Source: a virus (lineage: Duplodnaviria > Heunggongvirae > Uroviricota > Caudoviricetes). Taken from it: 64,000 nt of DNA. Shown here piece by piece: positions 28,161 through 37,636 of the stretch. The position numbers and the translations under genes were made by a program. Every line of letters starts with the position of its first letter. Positions within the stretch are counted from its first letter, which is position 1. Under the pieces are notes generated by a model. That model ran no database searches, had not been told where the DNA came from, and saw nothing but the letters and a program-made list of their open reading frames with translations. Where the stretch lies: IMG/VR virus record IMGVR_UViG_2654587674_000003. One strand, 5' to 3'.

Positions 28161-29189
28161 TTACGAATCCATCAGGCGGCTATTAGCCCCCACAGACACG
28201 CCGCCACGGCGAAGATACCGCATAAGTGTTTCCGGTTTCTTCCAGGTTCCTTCCTGCATGATCTCCACCATAGACACCTGCTTTTCAGCCATATCAATAG
28301 CGGCCCCGACGCGTGCACTATGCCCAGTCCACGTCCGGTATCTTCCTTTGTTTGGCGTAGCATCTCTTTTATTCAGCAACACCCAGGCGTCGCTGAATAT
28401 TTTCTCCATTGCAGGTGCAGTAAGGGGCGTTGTCGTAATCCTGGCCTTATTGCTACGGTGTATCGGCGGGAACAGCACCGCGTCAGGATGTTCACGAAGC
28501 CCGGAAACATCCAGCCAGTCATTCAGCACAGCAGTAGTGCGACGGGAAAGCACCTTATCAAGCCCGGCGGCGGTCGTTATTGTCTTCGTGTGTGAAATAT
28601 GTAGCGTGACAGTGTCACCTGTTTGGTCCAGATCTCCTACACGAATACGCGAGATTTCCGACATACGCATCAGCGTATTGTATGCAACAAAGAGAAAAGC
28701 CCGGTTGCGCTGGTCCACCAGCCGTTCTGACCTGGACAGCAGGACGTCGAGCAGTTTCAGGTCGTCCCACCGCAACGGTATAGCCTGGCCTGTTCGCTCG
28801 CCTTTTTCCGTTGCCGCTTCACGCCGGATGCGCCGCATGGCCAGAGACACACTTTTATCGTCCGACAGCGGCGGGAGGCCACATTGCGAAAGCAGCATGT
28901 TAAGCATGGCATAGTGCTTATCAATGGTGGTCGAAGCCAGATCAGCATCATGCAGCTGAAGAAAATACTCGCGGGCCATCTCTGGTGAGATCGGGAACCA
29001 GGCGAGCTGGCGAGCGTGACACCATCTCGCCCAGGAGTGAAACACTAACCGGAGATCGCGCAAAGTATTCGGCGCGTAAGCCCCCTGGTCATTCATGAAC
29101 CGCATAAAGTTTTCTGCGGCCTCCTGGTACTCTTTGCCAATGTTGCGCAGAAAACCACCGGAGCTGCCAGAGATAATTAATTTACTCAT
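28161..29189 (-). CDS. dre: Cre-family tyrosine recombinase (Dre-like)
   Basis: 342 aa; VSLAMRRIRRE, NRAFLFVAYNTLMRMSEISRIRV, WTGHSARVGAAIDMA...EIMQEGTWK align with Cre catalytic core; rox-like site 150 bp upstream. Confidence 0.85.
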   Translation of the reverse strand: MSKLIISGSSGGFLRNIGKEYQEAAENFMRFMNDQGAYAPNTLRDLRLVFHSWARWCHARQLAWFPISPEMAREYFLQLHDADLASTTIDKHYAMLNMLLSQCGLPPLSDDKSVSLAMRRIRREAATEKGERTGQAIPLRWDDLKLLDVLLSRSERLVDQRNRAFLFVAYNTLMRMSEISRIRVGDLDQTGDTVTLHISHTKTITTAAGLDKVLSRRTTAVLNDWLDVSGLREHPDAVLFPPIHRSNKARITTTPLTAPAMEKIFSDAWVLLNKRDATPNKGRYRTWTGHSARVGAAIDMAEKQVSMVEIMQEGTWKKPETLMRYLRRGGVSVGANSRLMDS

Positions 29190-29341
29190 GAAACTATTTA
29201 ACCTCTATATACAGATGACGCTACGCGAAAAATATAAAAATGACAGGGTAGCTATAAGTTAATTTTCAAGATTCAAGCCTTTGATCCGAGGCACGTATTT
29301 TCAGTGATGTCAACACTGATCATCTACCCATGATTATAGCC

Positions 29342-29373
29342 TAACTTTAAATAATGCCAATTATTTAAAGTTA
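29342..29373. other. rox-like lox-type recombination site
   Basis: taactttaaataat-gcca-attatttaaagtta: perfect 14-bp inverted repeats with 4-bp spacer; arms share ATAACTT...ATA with loxP. Confidence 0.85.
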
Positions 29374-29556
29374 TAAAATGCCGATTTTTTTTAATCCATC
29401 ATAGATTGATGATGACCAGTAACACGTTGCCTTCATGGTCTTTAATTTGCGAAGTGTGGTTTCTACGGTTGGTTTTCTAAAATTGATGACAAAAAATCAC
29501 AGTTCGATCCTTTACTCACTCTGTTATTCGACATAAATTTGTCATAGTAATTTTAT

Positions 29557-29570
29557 GTTAGAAAACTAAA
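29557..29570 (+). promoter_or_regulatory. TGTTAGAAAA box
   Basis: tgttagaaaactaa 14 nt upstream of the RBS of ORF 29584. Confidence 0.4.
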
Positions 29571-29583
29571 TCGAGTAGGAATA

Positions 29584-30621
29584 ATGAGTAAGAAGTCGAT
29601 CGAGAAAGAGTACAAACGGTTCCTGCAAACCGCTGAACGGTGGAAAGAGCTGGTGGTCGCAAACTCTGTTTTCCATGATACCAGTTATGCTGGCGAGGAA
29701 TTCCGCCATGTTGCATTAACGCATGACCAAAACATATTAGAAGAAGCTGAAAAATGTCTTGCTGAATGGAAAGCCTTCGTTGACATGTGCCGCGATGCCG
29801 ACGGCAAAGCGTCGAACATTGTTGAGTCTGTATATTCTCCGATCCCATTCATCATTGAGGACACCAATCAAAGCACGCATGTCGTTGTGCAAAGCGCTAC
29901 AACAACACGTACATTTACACGTGAACAATTGCTAAAAAAATACGACAAAATCATAAAGAAAAGCCTTAAAAATAGGGTTTTTTCTCAAATCGTAGGTGAT
30001 CTTGAAGAAGAACAGCGCTTCTTTGAAGCTGAGCCTGAAGGCGAGATCTACCGGGCGCGTAAAGAGGCATATACAGATGTTGTGCTGACAACAAACATCG
30101 AAGGCAGCAATGCCCTTTCTCGCTTTAGAGTTGGCGCACATGGTGCATTGGTTTTCGCAAGACTACCGAAGACAACGATCCCCGTTGTCAATAATGTTGG
30201 TGAACGCCGGAGCATTACAATTTATTCTGGCGTCGAATCGGTACCTTGCAGCCTTCTCGGCGATTTTAACTTATATCGTGTTCGTGACCTGGAAAAACAC
30301 CAGCCAAGCTATGTTGCGAAGTCGTACATCTTAAGGAACATCGATATTCGCAATGAAAGCCTTAAGCAGAAATCCGCTAAGATGCTGGAGGATGCCGATC
30401 CGGCTATTCGCCATATCATTGAGCGTAAGATACGTACATCACGTGAAGCAATGGCAAGGCTGGATAAAATGGATCTGGAATTGTTAGACGTAATGATGGC
30501 CTCTGGAGACGACCTGACCGGCATTAAACTGAATGAAGCTCGTAAAAAATACGGCAAAGCAATCGAAGAACGTTACGGATACACATTCCCCCAAACGCAG
30601 TACGCCGCGAAGCTCTGGTAA
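29584..30621 (+). CDS. hypothetical protein at the immC-equivalent position (possible immunity repressor)
   Basis: 345 aa; between the rox site and the 3' end of pacB, convergent with pacB, where P1 carries c1; no sequence motif recognised. Confidence 0.3.
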   Translation: MSKKSIEKEYKRFLQTAERWKELVVANSVFHDTSYAGEEFRHVALTHDQNILEEAEKCLAEWKAFVDMCRDADGKASNIVESVYSPIPFIIEDTNQSTHVVVQSATTTRTFTREQLLKKYDKIIKKSLKNRVFSQIVGDLEEEQRFFEAEPEGEIYRARKEAYTDVVLTTNIEGSNALSRFRVGAHGALVFARLPKTTIPVVNNVGERRSITIYSGVESVPCSLLGDFNLYRVRDLEKHQPSYVAKSYILRNIDIRNESLKQKSAKMLEDADPAIRHIIERKIRTSREAMARLDKMDLELLDVMMASGDDLTGIKLNEARKKYGKAIEERYGYTFPQTQYAAKLW

Positions 30622-30630
30622 TCACAACCG

Positions 30631-30654
30631 GCCCCGCATCGCGGGGCTTTATAT
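30631..30654 (+). terminator. intrinsic terminator
   Basis: gccccgc-atc-gcggggc followed by tttatatat. Confidence 0.5.
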
Positions 30655-32157
30655 ATCCAGATCCGGCATTTCGATATCCGCCAGAACCTGATCTCGGAAA
30701 GTTGCCATTTCGGCACCAATATCTTCATTAGCAGGCACATAGTCCACCAGCATAGTGAAGCAGTAGGTATCCCATCGGTCAGGCGATTTGATGTTTAGCT
30801 TTTGCCGCATGTGCTCTTTGCGCATCATCGCCATTTTCCCTTCTTCATTCAGTAAAAAGGGGATTTTTGACGCTTGCTCTGCCGTTTTAGGGTCACTGTC
30901 TATCCGCATACGCCCTGACTTTATGGCATCACGCGCCATAATGTTTGCGTAGGCACGCTGATTAACAAATCGCTCCCTGTCTTTGTTCGCAAACATGGGT
31001 TTTCCCCACCGAATACGTACCGGGTTCGCACCACGACGCACCAACTGCGCACACGTATCAGAACCAAAACCATCAGCATCAACCGCGATTGTTATATTCG
31101 GGTATTTTTCCGGCGTACATTCGTTATATATGAAGTCAGCAAAGGCCAATGGGTCCATAGTGCCAGGCATCTCCATTACCTTAAAGTTAACAACGCGCCG
31201 CTTATCCCTGTGACCTGATACCTTGCAGATGTTGAGGACCGACTTATCTCGCCCATTACCAACGTCAGCCGTTGCCACCCATCCCCAGTTTTTCTCCAAC
31301 AACACCTTGCGGCGAGCAGAGCGATCGCATTCATCACGACCAAGCAAATAGCCGTTAATTTCTCGTGGGAACTGACCAAGCACCTTGACCATGTACTCAA
31401 TAGAATCGCGCCCACCATATTCCAGAAGCTTCTCCTTGATGAATTGTGGTGTGACGAACGGTGATTCTTCCGAGTTAAGAACAATTGCTGTCCAGATCCC
31501 TTTCGGGTTGTCTGGGGTTTTTGCTCGAGAATGGTGCGAATCGTAGAAATAACCACTTGGCCTTGTTGGCTGGGATAGCATCAACATCCGGTTATCTTCT
31601 TCAGTAAGAGCACCGGTCATTACGCCGATCGCCTTATCAGATATACCAGATGCTTCATCCAGAATTAGAAGCAAATGTGCCGCGTGTTCCCCCGCCAGCG
31701 CTTCTTCGTTGCCGAGTCGATAACCTTTGCAGAGAACTTCCCAAATCCCCTTACGGGAGCGCTCATAAAACATGGTGTCAGAGAGGACAAAATAGGTCTG
31801 CAACCACCCATGACGCTTAACTGCATTCGCCCAATACTGTTTAACGTATTTGAATACGCCTGTTTTTACCTGGCCTATCTTGTTAGCAACAATGATGACA
31901 CGGGCATCGGGGAACAGGATCATAAAAATCAACAGCAACATCGCGGTAAGGGACGACTTCCCCGTTCCGTGTCCGGACGTGACGGTCGTCCTACTCCCCG
32001 TTTCCTGCACTGACTGAATGATCTGCTGCTGCTGGTGGGAGGGGAACATCCCAAAAATATCGACTACAGCCTGGGTAAAGTTGTAGCGGTATTTGATTAC
32101 CATATCGCGCCAGCGTGGATCGCTGGTGACGCATTTAATCTTGCGCCCGCCAGCCAT
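30649..32157 (-). CDS. pacB: terminase large subunit (PacB-like)
   Basis: 502 aa; Walker A TSGHGTGKSS, Walker B LLLILDEASG, C-terminal nuclease-length domain. Confidence 0.75.
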   Translation of the reverse strand: MAGGRKIKCVTSDPRWRDMVIKYRYNFTQAVVDIFGMFPSHQQQQIIQSVQETGSRTTVTSGHGTGKSSLTAMLLLIFMILFPDARVIIVANKIGQVKTGVFKYVKQYWANAVKRHGWLQTYFVLSDTMFYERSRKGIWEVLCKGYRLGNEEALAGEHAAHLLLILDEASGISDKAIGVMTGALTEEDNRMLMLSQPTRPSGYFYDSHHSRAKTPDNPKGIWTAIVLNSEESPFVTPQFIKEKLLEYGGRDSIEYMVKVLGQFPREINGYLLGRDECDRSARRKVLLEKNWGWVATADVGNGRDKSVLNICKVSGHRDKRRVVNFKVMEMPGTMDPLAFADFIYNECTPEKYPNITIAVDADGFGSDTCAQLVRRGANPVRIRWGKPMFANKDRERFVNQRAYANIMARDAIKSGRMRIDSDPKTAEQASKIPFLLNEEGKMAMMRKEHMRQKLNIKSPDRWDTYCFTMLVDYVPANEDIGAEMATFRDQVLADIEMPDLDI

Positions 32158-33521
32158 TAATCATCCTCCGGCGGTTCTATCGCGATATCATCATCTCCGG
32201 CGTCATACCCTGCATCAGATGCATCATAATCACCGTAAATTTCAGCCGTTGCCGAAGGGTCAATATCCAGCTCTTCGTCGTTGGCCTCGAATTCTCCAGC
32301 TTTACGCTCGCCATTGCGGTCGTAATCTCCGCACCCCAATTCTTCAACAATGGTTGCCACATCCGCCCGGCGCTCTGCCAGCCATTGCGGATGGTTAGCC
32401 TGAAGCGTTGCAAACTCCCTTGCCTCTTTGTCCAGCTGTTCATCATCAACATCATTGACGTCAGAAACAGGTGGTTCGAGAAGAGTGATAGCTTTCGCCG
32501 CGCGCGCCGCGAGGATAGCCGGGACGCTGACACCCTGGCGCTCGATGTATTCAGCAACACCGATATCATCCAGTTCCTCGCGCTCACGCATACGTATAGC
32601 GGCGGCGATAACTCTGGCTGCGCGTGCGTCAGCGCCAATGCGATATTCAATCTCTTTGCCACGCTGTTCGGCCTGTAGGCGTGCTAATTCGAGTTTTTCT
32701 CTGGCCTCAGCCTCTTTGAATGCTTGCTGGCGAGCGCTCTGACGAAGCTTTTCATCCCCCTGTCGCAGCTTTTGTTCGGACTGATATATAGCTGCCAACC
32801 TACTGATAAAATCATTCATGTAGTAGGCCGCGTCACTGATTAGACCGAGAAGGCGCTGCCCAGGGTGCATTCCTTCTGGCTCTTTATCGCCCAAGGCGTC
32901 TATTTCCGCCTGTAGACGTTCGGCCTCCTGATCAACAATGCTTTGATACTGAAGTGCGCGCTCTTGCGCCATTTGAATTGCTAACCGCAGGTGTTCTTCT
33001 GCGCCGTTCTTCATCATATCGCGAGCCACATTCGTAGTTGGCAATGTGGCACGCTGCACAGCACCGTCAGGGATCATTGCAGAAGATCCCTCAATTTTTG
33101 GGGCGTTTTTATCTTCTTCGGGGATCATTTTCGCCATTTTTTCGCGCAATGATCTCCTGACAGATTCTTTTATCTCATTGTTATTATTTGAATTATTTTC
33201 ATGATCCGAAGTTTTCTTTCTCGGCATACTTCGGAAAGAACCTGCGCCCTGCGAATTGTCAATTTCTGTAAATTTTGTTTTTTCTGCACCCTCTTCCAGC
33301 TTTTTTGTTGCTCTTCCCGCCCGTTTTTTTTCAGGTGATTTGGTGCTTTTTTTTGTTGTCTTTACCTGCGACCGCACCTCATTTTTTTTCATATTGAGAT
33401 GCTTTCTGGCTGTATTGAAGCTAAGGCCATGCTCCTCACAGTATTCCTTTACAGTGATCCCTTTTTCTTCACGCAACGCTATAAAGCGGGCGCGGTGCTC
33501 CTCCCAATTAACCAGACTCAT
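32157..33521 (-). CDS. pacA: terminase small subunit (PacA-like)
   Basis: 454 aa; N-terminal HTH (ITVKEYCEEHGLSFNTARKH), acidic C-terminus; stop overlaps pacB start. Confidence 0.55.
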   Translation of the reverse strand: MSLVNWEEHRARFIALREEKGITVKEYCEEHGLSFNTARKHLNMKKNEVRSQVKTTKKSTKSPEKKRAGRATKKLEEGAEKTKFTEIDNSQGAGSFRSMPRKKTSDHENNSNNNNEIKESVRRSLREKMAKMIPEEDKNAPKIEGSSAMIPDGAVQRATLPTTNVARDMMKNGAEEHLRLAIQMAQERALQYQSIVDQEAERLQAEIDALGDKEPEGMHPGQRLLGLISDAAYYMNDFISRLAAIYQSEQKLRQGDEKLRQSARQQAFKEAEAREKLELARLQAEQRGKEIEYRIGADARAARVIAAAIRMREREELDDIGVAEYIERQGVSVPAILAARAAKAITLLEPPVSDVNDVDDEQLDKEAREFATLQANHPQWLAERRADVATIVEELGCGDYDRNGERKAGEFEANDEELDIDPSATAEIYGDYDASDAGYDAGDDDIAIEPPEDD

Positions 33522-33910
33522 AAAGCAACACCACGCTTTTTAACGGCGGCATTCCACAGCTTATTCGCCATGTCCACCAGCTCTCGTTGCTCTTTTCGCG
33601 CCTGTTCGACTGATTTCCTGCTACAGTTTTTAACCAGTAAACTGCCATATTCAGGGGTTCGCCCACGCACCTTGAACTGATATCCGTTCAGGCCATGCAA
33701 CCAGTATTTTCGTGGGTAAACACGATCATCAAGCTCACAGATTGCCCTGCTTGAACGAACAAAATGACGAATGATGTTAGTTACACTTACTCGTGAAACA
33801 TGGAGATGAGGGTATTTTTCTTTGGCGAGAGTGGTAATTTCAGTGACTGTCAGATAGCAGTCAGCCCTGATCATGATATCCGCAATTTCTGCGCTGCTGA
33901 TTTGTTCCAT
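33518..33910 (-). CDS. candidate late-gene activator (Lpa position)
   Basis: 130 aa immediately upstream of pacA, as lpa is in P1; positional inference only. Confidence 0.3.
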   Translation of the reverse strand: MEQISSAEIADIMIRADCYLTVTEITTLAKEKYPHLHVSRVSVTNIIRHFVRSSRAICELDDRVYPRKYWLHGLNGYQFKVRGRTPEYGSLLVKNCSRKSVEQARKEQRELVDMANKLWNAAVKKRGVAL

Positions 33911-33988
33911 TAATCCCCCGGGCAGGAAATGACCGAGGGGATGATAATGAGAATGTTAAAACTGTATAGACTGGTAAAAAGATGATTG

Positions 33989-34017
33989 TATTAGAAAATT
34001 AATACTAAATATCTAAT
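33989..34017. promoter_or_regulatory. TTAGAAAA box pair upstream of lpa-like gene
   Basis: attaga-N16-tctaat about 80 nt upstream of ORF 33518..33910. Confidence 0.4.
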
Positions 34018-34018
34018 G

Positions 34019-34411
34019 CTACCAGCGAGACAAACGAACAACATGTTTCACTTTTGCGATCCACTGTCCGCGATAACTATTGATTACGGCCTGTGCCAGC
34101 TTCAAATTGGCTTCAAAATCAGCCTTACTACCATCAGACTCCACCAGCATTCCTCCATCTATTTCTGGTAAACATAGATAATCCTGCTCAACCTGCAGCG
34201 GCATTGATGGCTCTCTGAATGGGGTTACTTGCTCTGCTTTCCAGCGAAATCTAACCCTTATCCCCCTGGTGGTCATTACTAGATAGCCTGTTATAGTGCT
34301 TTTATGGCCCACATCAGTACGCGTGGCATTGCATGACACGATCTTACAGTTAGCGATAGACCACTCCATATTGGTGGCCTGTTGAGTGCTTAATTTGGTA
34401 GTCCCGTACAT
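34019..34411 (-). CDS. hypothetical protein
   Basis: 130-aa ORF. Confidence 0.4.
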   Translation of the reverse strand: MYGTTKLSTQQATNMEWSIANCKIVSCNATRTDVGHKSTITGYLVMTTRGIRVRFRWKAEQVTPFREPSMPLQVEQDYLCLPEIDGGMLVESDGSKADFEANLKLAQAVINSYRGQWIAKVKHVVRLSRW

Positions 34412-34986
34412 CAGAAAGCCTCCCAGTCAGTCGCGATAATATCCACACCAGTTGCAAACCAGTCTGTCTGCGCCTGTAAATCCCCATTCATCATTACCAG
34501 GCGAGGCATCACCATCACATCGCACCCTTCCACAATATCGAATGCCTCTTCCGGCAAGAATTCGAAGAGCTTTTCTTTGCTGCCAATACTGCCACGGAAC
34601 ATCGATATATAGCTCCCTTTGGGCCATGATGTCCGCCGGGCATCAAGCCCTTTCATCATCCAGTAAAAAGCCGAGGAAAAAGGGATATTCTTTTTGCCAA
34701 TGATTACATTATTCGCTTCTGTGTACTTCAGGAACTTAACTAACCTTACCATTGACTCGGATAACGCAACGTATGGCTCATGATTGATTGCTGACACGCT
34801 TACACCGTGCAATCCAACGCTTACCACTGTCATATCGCCGCTCTGTGCGGTTTCGATATTGACGCCTTTGCGAACTAATGAGGCGTAAAGTTCCTCTCGC
34901 TTTTGGGTCCAGCGTTCCCGCTTCCCTATGAAGTCACTCAAAATGAGATCTTCTTCTGCATATGCGTTATCGTTCGCCATTAACAT
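34411..34986 (-). CDS. hypothetical protein
   Basis: 191-aa ORF. Confidence 0.4.
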   Translation of the reverse strand: MLMANDNAYAEEDLILSDFIGKRERWTQKREELYASLVRKGVNIETAQSGDMTVVSVGLHGVSVSAINHEPYVALSESMVRLVKFLKYTEANNVIIGKKNIPFSSAFYWMMKGLDARRTSWPKGSYISMFRGSIGSKEKLFEFLPEEAFDIVEGCDVMVMPRLVMMNGDLQAQTDWFATGVDIIATDWEAF

Positions 34987-35190
34987 AACGTCTCCTTTTT
35001 ACACGCGCGACCATCTCTCGGTTAAACCGATAGAGATGTCGAAACTTCGTATTAATTAAGGGTTACAGCCTGAGCGGCTATATGATGAATTGAAAGGAGT
35101 TGTGGCGGTGGTGCCTCCACCTGCCAGGTCAGCCACGCCCGGCGACGACACTTATCAGAACCTCAATGAATGAAAATGGCTTCGTCACGA

Positions 35191-35260
35191 GCGCATAGCC
35201 GCAATTACCACAACGGAAACGGCGCTCGCGTTAATTAAACGCCTTTTCCTGTTGTGCGCC
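35191..35260. repeat. hairpin repeat family, copy A
   Basis: gcgcatagccgcaattaccacaacggaaacggcg...cgccttttcctgttgtg; stem covaries with other copies. Confidence 0.45.
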
Positions 35261-35440
35261 GTACTCTTCCGGCTGTCACACCGAATCGCCAGGATGGTGA
35301 GTCCTCGGTCCGACGATATGAACGGGGCTTGCACATTCCGGCTACCTGGTTTGTTGCCTGAGCTAGGGGAAAAGGTAACCCCTTTAACGTCACCAGACCG
35401 CTAACGACGCATGTGCCAGACGCCGTGTTACAACCAAATA

Positions 35441-35516
35441 TGGTGGCCCCTACCGGACTTGAACCGGTGACCGTGCGATTATGAGTCGCCAGCTCTAACC
35501 ACTGAGCTAAGGGGCC
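35441..35516 (-). tRNA. tRNA-Ile (anticodon CAU; Ile2/lysidine type)
   Basis: GGCCCCTTAGCTCAGTGGTTAGAGC...CTCATAA...GGTTCAAGTCC...GGGGCCACCA; near-identical to E. coli ileX as I recall it. Confidence 0.85.
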
Positions 35517-35525
35517 AATTAGTTT

Positions 35526-35639
35526 TTATTTTCGACGCCTGAGATTCTTCGCTACTTGTTCTACTCCGTATACGATCACAAGCAGAAATAGCAAAGACCA
35601 TCCAGGGTTCTTATCAATATACGTCCAAAAATCCATCAT
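35526..35639 (-). CDS. small hydrophobic peptide
   Basis: 37-aa ORF MMDFWTYIDKNPGWSLLFLLVIVYGV..., ATGA-coupled to upstream small ORF. Confidence 0.2.
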   Translation of the reverse strand: MMDFWTYIDKNPGWSLLFLLVIVYGVEQVAKNLRRRK

Positions 35640-35800
35640 GAGTTCCTGAACGCAGCTTTAATAATCGGCAATAGCAATACCACAGCTACTGAAACCAGTG
35701 CCCCATCAGCCAACACCGACATCACTTTGCTGGTGAAATCCACCAGCACGGACAAAACGAGAAAACCAATGGCGCACGCAATACGCGCCTTGCCAATCAT
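35636..35800 (-). CDS. small membrane peptide
   Basis: 54-aa ORF MIGKARIACAIGFLVLSVLVDF..., start overlaps the TerB-like stop (TAATG). Confidence 0.25.
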   Translation of the reverse strand: MIGKARIACAIGFLVLSVLVDFTSKVMSVLADGALVSVAVVLLLPIIKAAFRNS

Positions 35801-36234
35801 TACAGATAATCTTCCACACGAAGGCCCAAACGACGGCCTACTTCTTCCAGTACTTTGTGTTCTGCTGGCTCGATTTCACCGTCCGCTTCTGCAATCGTCA
35901 GCATGTTAACGAATACTTCTTCCGCTTCTTTTGGATCATTTTTGATATCTTCAATTTCGCGAAGGATATTCATGCGACCAACACGGAAACCAGCTTCCAG
36001 TTGCTCAGTAAAACGGGTGATTGTTGCGGTAATTTCGTTGCCAAAATGACTTAAGCGAGGATTAGAGCGGACAAGCTGATCAAGTTTCGCTGTTTCTTCC
36101 TTTTCGATTTCACCATCTGCGGCAGACACCAACAAACAGCCACCGATAATGGCCTCCATCAGATCGCGATTCTCAACCCTTTTCAGCTCTACTTTTGCTG
36201 AAGCGACTTTCTTACCGAAAAATTTACCGAACAT
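35800..36234 (-). CDS. TerB-family protein (TciA-like)
   Basis: 144 aa; duplicated AADGEIEKEE / AEADGEIEPAEH motifs typical of TerB. Confidence 0.6.
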   Translation of the reverse strand: MFGKFFGKKVASAKVELKRVENRDLMEAIIGGCLLVSAADGEIEKEETAKLDQLVRSNPRLSHFGNEITATITRFTEQLEAGFRVGRMNILREIEDIKNDPKEAEEVFVNMLTIAEADGEIEPAEHKVLEEVGRRLGLRVEDYL

Positions 36235-36370
36235 TGGTTATCCCTCAATAAACATGACGTATTTATTAGGTTGCGGTGCCTGGTGCCTCCAGGTGACGTT
36301 AACCAGTTAACAATTAACGCCGGGATGTTTGACTTAACCACTAAGGAGGATTGTTTTAACTGTTCCGCGT

Positions 36371-36405
36371 GCGCATAGCCGCATTCACCGCAATGGTAAG
36401 AGCAC
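36371..36405. repeat. hairpin repeat family, copy B (5' motif only)
   Basis: gcgcatagccgcattcaccgcaatggtaagagcac. Confidence 0.35.
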
Positions 36406-36501
36406 TTGGCTGGCTGGGCGGCGATGACGCCTGTACGCATTTGGTGATCCGGTTCTGCTTCCGGCATTCGCTTAATTAGCCAAATACTCTTAACGTTGCA
36501 C

Positions 36502-36588
36502 TGGCGGAGAGTAATGGAATCGAACCATCATCGCTTGCGCAATGGGACGGTTTTCAAGACCGTTTGAGCACCATGCTCCCTACTCTCC
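36502..36588 (-). tRNA. tRNA-Ser (anticodon UGA)
   Basis: minus-strand GGAGAGT...anticodon loop CTTGAAA, long variable arm, GGTTCGATTCC T-loop, ACTCTCC-G-CCA. Confidence 0.75.
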
Positions 36589-36666
36589 AGTGATTGTGAT
36601 GGTCGGTGCTGAACTCCGACACAGGGTTGTAGCAAGCCCCGCAAAGCGCGCACTACTGTAGTTGCG

Positions 36667-36786
36667 GCACATCAGCCTGTGCATTCACCACAATGTTGAG
36701 AACACTGGTTGTCACGCTGCAACGCAACATTTATTCGTAGATTGGGATATGACCCCGTTACGCCAGTGTTCTCAACGTTGTAGTGC
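36667..36786. repeat. hairpin repeat family, copy C
   Basis: gcacatcagcctgtgcattcaccacaatgttgagaacactgg ... ccagtgttctcaacgttg (17/18 complementary). Confidence 0.45.
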
Positions 36787-36910
36787 CGGTTACGGTTCCG
36801 GCCAGGCCTCTTCCTCAACGGGGTGTTCTCCATACGGACTACCGTTTATTGGTCGTTCCTGCGGTTTATGTTGTGAAGCCAGATGCTTATCTTCTGGTTG
36901 CTTCAAAGAG

Positions 36911-36989
36911 CTGCACTTCATCACAACGGTAAGAGCACTCGATGCATTTAAGCCAAGCCCCATAAGGGAGAATGCCCTTACCTGTTGTG
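36911..36989. repeat. hairpin repeat family, copy D
   Basis: ctgcacttcatcacaacggtaagagc ... gcccttacctgttgtg. Confidence 0.45.
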
Positions 36990-37094
36990 TTGTGATGACC
37001 GGTGCTGATCTCCGGCTTGCGGTTATTTCAGACTCTCACGGGCGTTTAATTGCCCCGCCGAACAGCTCTTTTCCGCAATAGCTGCAATGTCTTT

Positions 37095-37202
37095 CGCGCA
37101 TCAGCCTGCGCATTCATCACAACGGTAAGGGTACTTCGTAGGGATTCGAACCCTCTGCCAAGCTCGGCGATCTCCGACGTCGCAAAATACCCTTACCTGT
37201 TG
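37095..37202. repeat. hairpin repeat family, copy E, with embedded tRNA-like T-arm
   Basis: gcgcatcagcctgcgcattcatcacaacggtaagggta ... tacccttacctgttgtg; interior carries GAGGGTTCGAATCCCT on minus strand but no D or anticodon arm. Confidence 0.45.
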
Positions 37203-37205
37203 TGC

Positions 37206-37281
37206 TGGTGCCGATTAACGGACTCGAACCGCTGACATCCTGCTTACAAGGCAGGCGCTCTACCAACTGAGCTAAACCGGC
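37206..37281 (-). tRNA. tRNA-Thr (anticodon UGU)
   Basis: GCCGGTTTAGCTCAGTTGGTAGAGC...CTTGTAA...GGTTCGAGTCC...ATCGGCACCA. Confidence 0.8.
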
Positions 37282-37283
37282 AT

Positions 37284-37359
37284 TGGCGATGGTGGATGGA
37301 TTTGAACCATCGACCCGTTGATTAACAGTCAACCGCTCTAACCGCTGAGCTACACCATC
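37284..37359 (-). tRNA. tRNA-Asn (anticodon GUU)
   Basis: GATGGTGTAGCTCAGCGGTTAGAGC...CTGTTAA...GGTTCAAATCC...CACCATCGCCA; 2 nt upstream of tRNA-Thr. Confidence 0.8.
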
Positions 37360-37559
37360 ACTTGCCGGGTACGTCTCCGGCGAGGGCTTCCACCTCCGTA
37401 TGCTTTTCGGCGCACCGCGCCCTGGGTGCAATTCGGTAACAGGGGATGCACAACCCTGGCTTCCAGCGTGATTAGCGCCTTCAGCATGACGGGATATACC
37501 CGTAGTAGGATGTTATCCCAGAAAGCCATTAACCAATGGCTGTTACGCGGGAGGGACGT

Positions 37560-37636
37560 AACAGGTAAGGGCGCTGACCAGAAAGACCTGACCCTTCTCA
37601 TTCATCTGGTTAATCACACCAGCGCCCTTGCCTGTT
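37560..37636. repeat. hairpin repeat family, copy F
   Basis: aacaggtaagggcgctg-N43-cagcgcccttgcctgtt. Confidence 0.4.

Noticed and set aside
28258-28914. 218-aa plus-strand ORF inside the recombinase gene
   Set aside because: Antisense to a confidently identified Cre-family gene; Ser/Arg-rich low-complexity translation.
29584-30621. Calling this ORF a C1 repressor homolog
   Set aside because: Only position supports it; I could not align it to P1 C1 from memory, so it is listed as a positional candidate only.
32177-32742. Overlapping ORFs of 97-161 aa in both strands within pacA
   Set aside because: All overlap the PacA-like ORF; repetitive Arg/Ser/Ala translations typical of off-frame reading.
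37123-37196. Possible fifth tRNA gene
   Set aside because: Has an acceptor-like stem and a canonical T-arm but no D-arm or 7-nt anticodon loop, and the T-stem is not adjacent to the acceptor 3' strand; treated as a tRNA-like element within hairpin repeat E.
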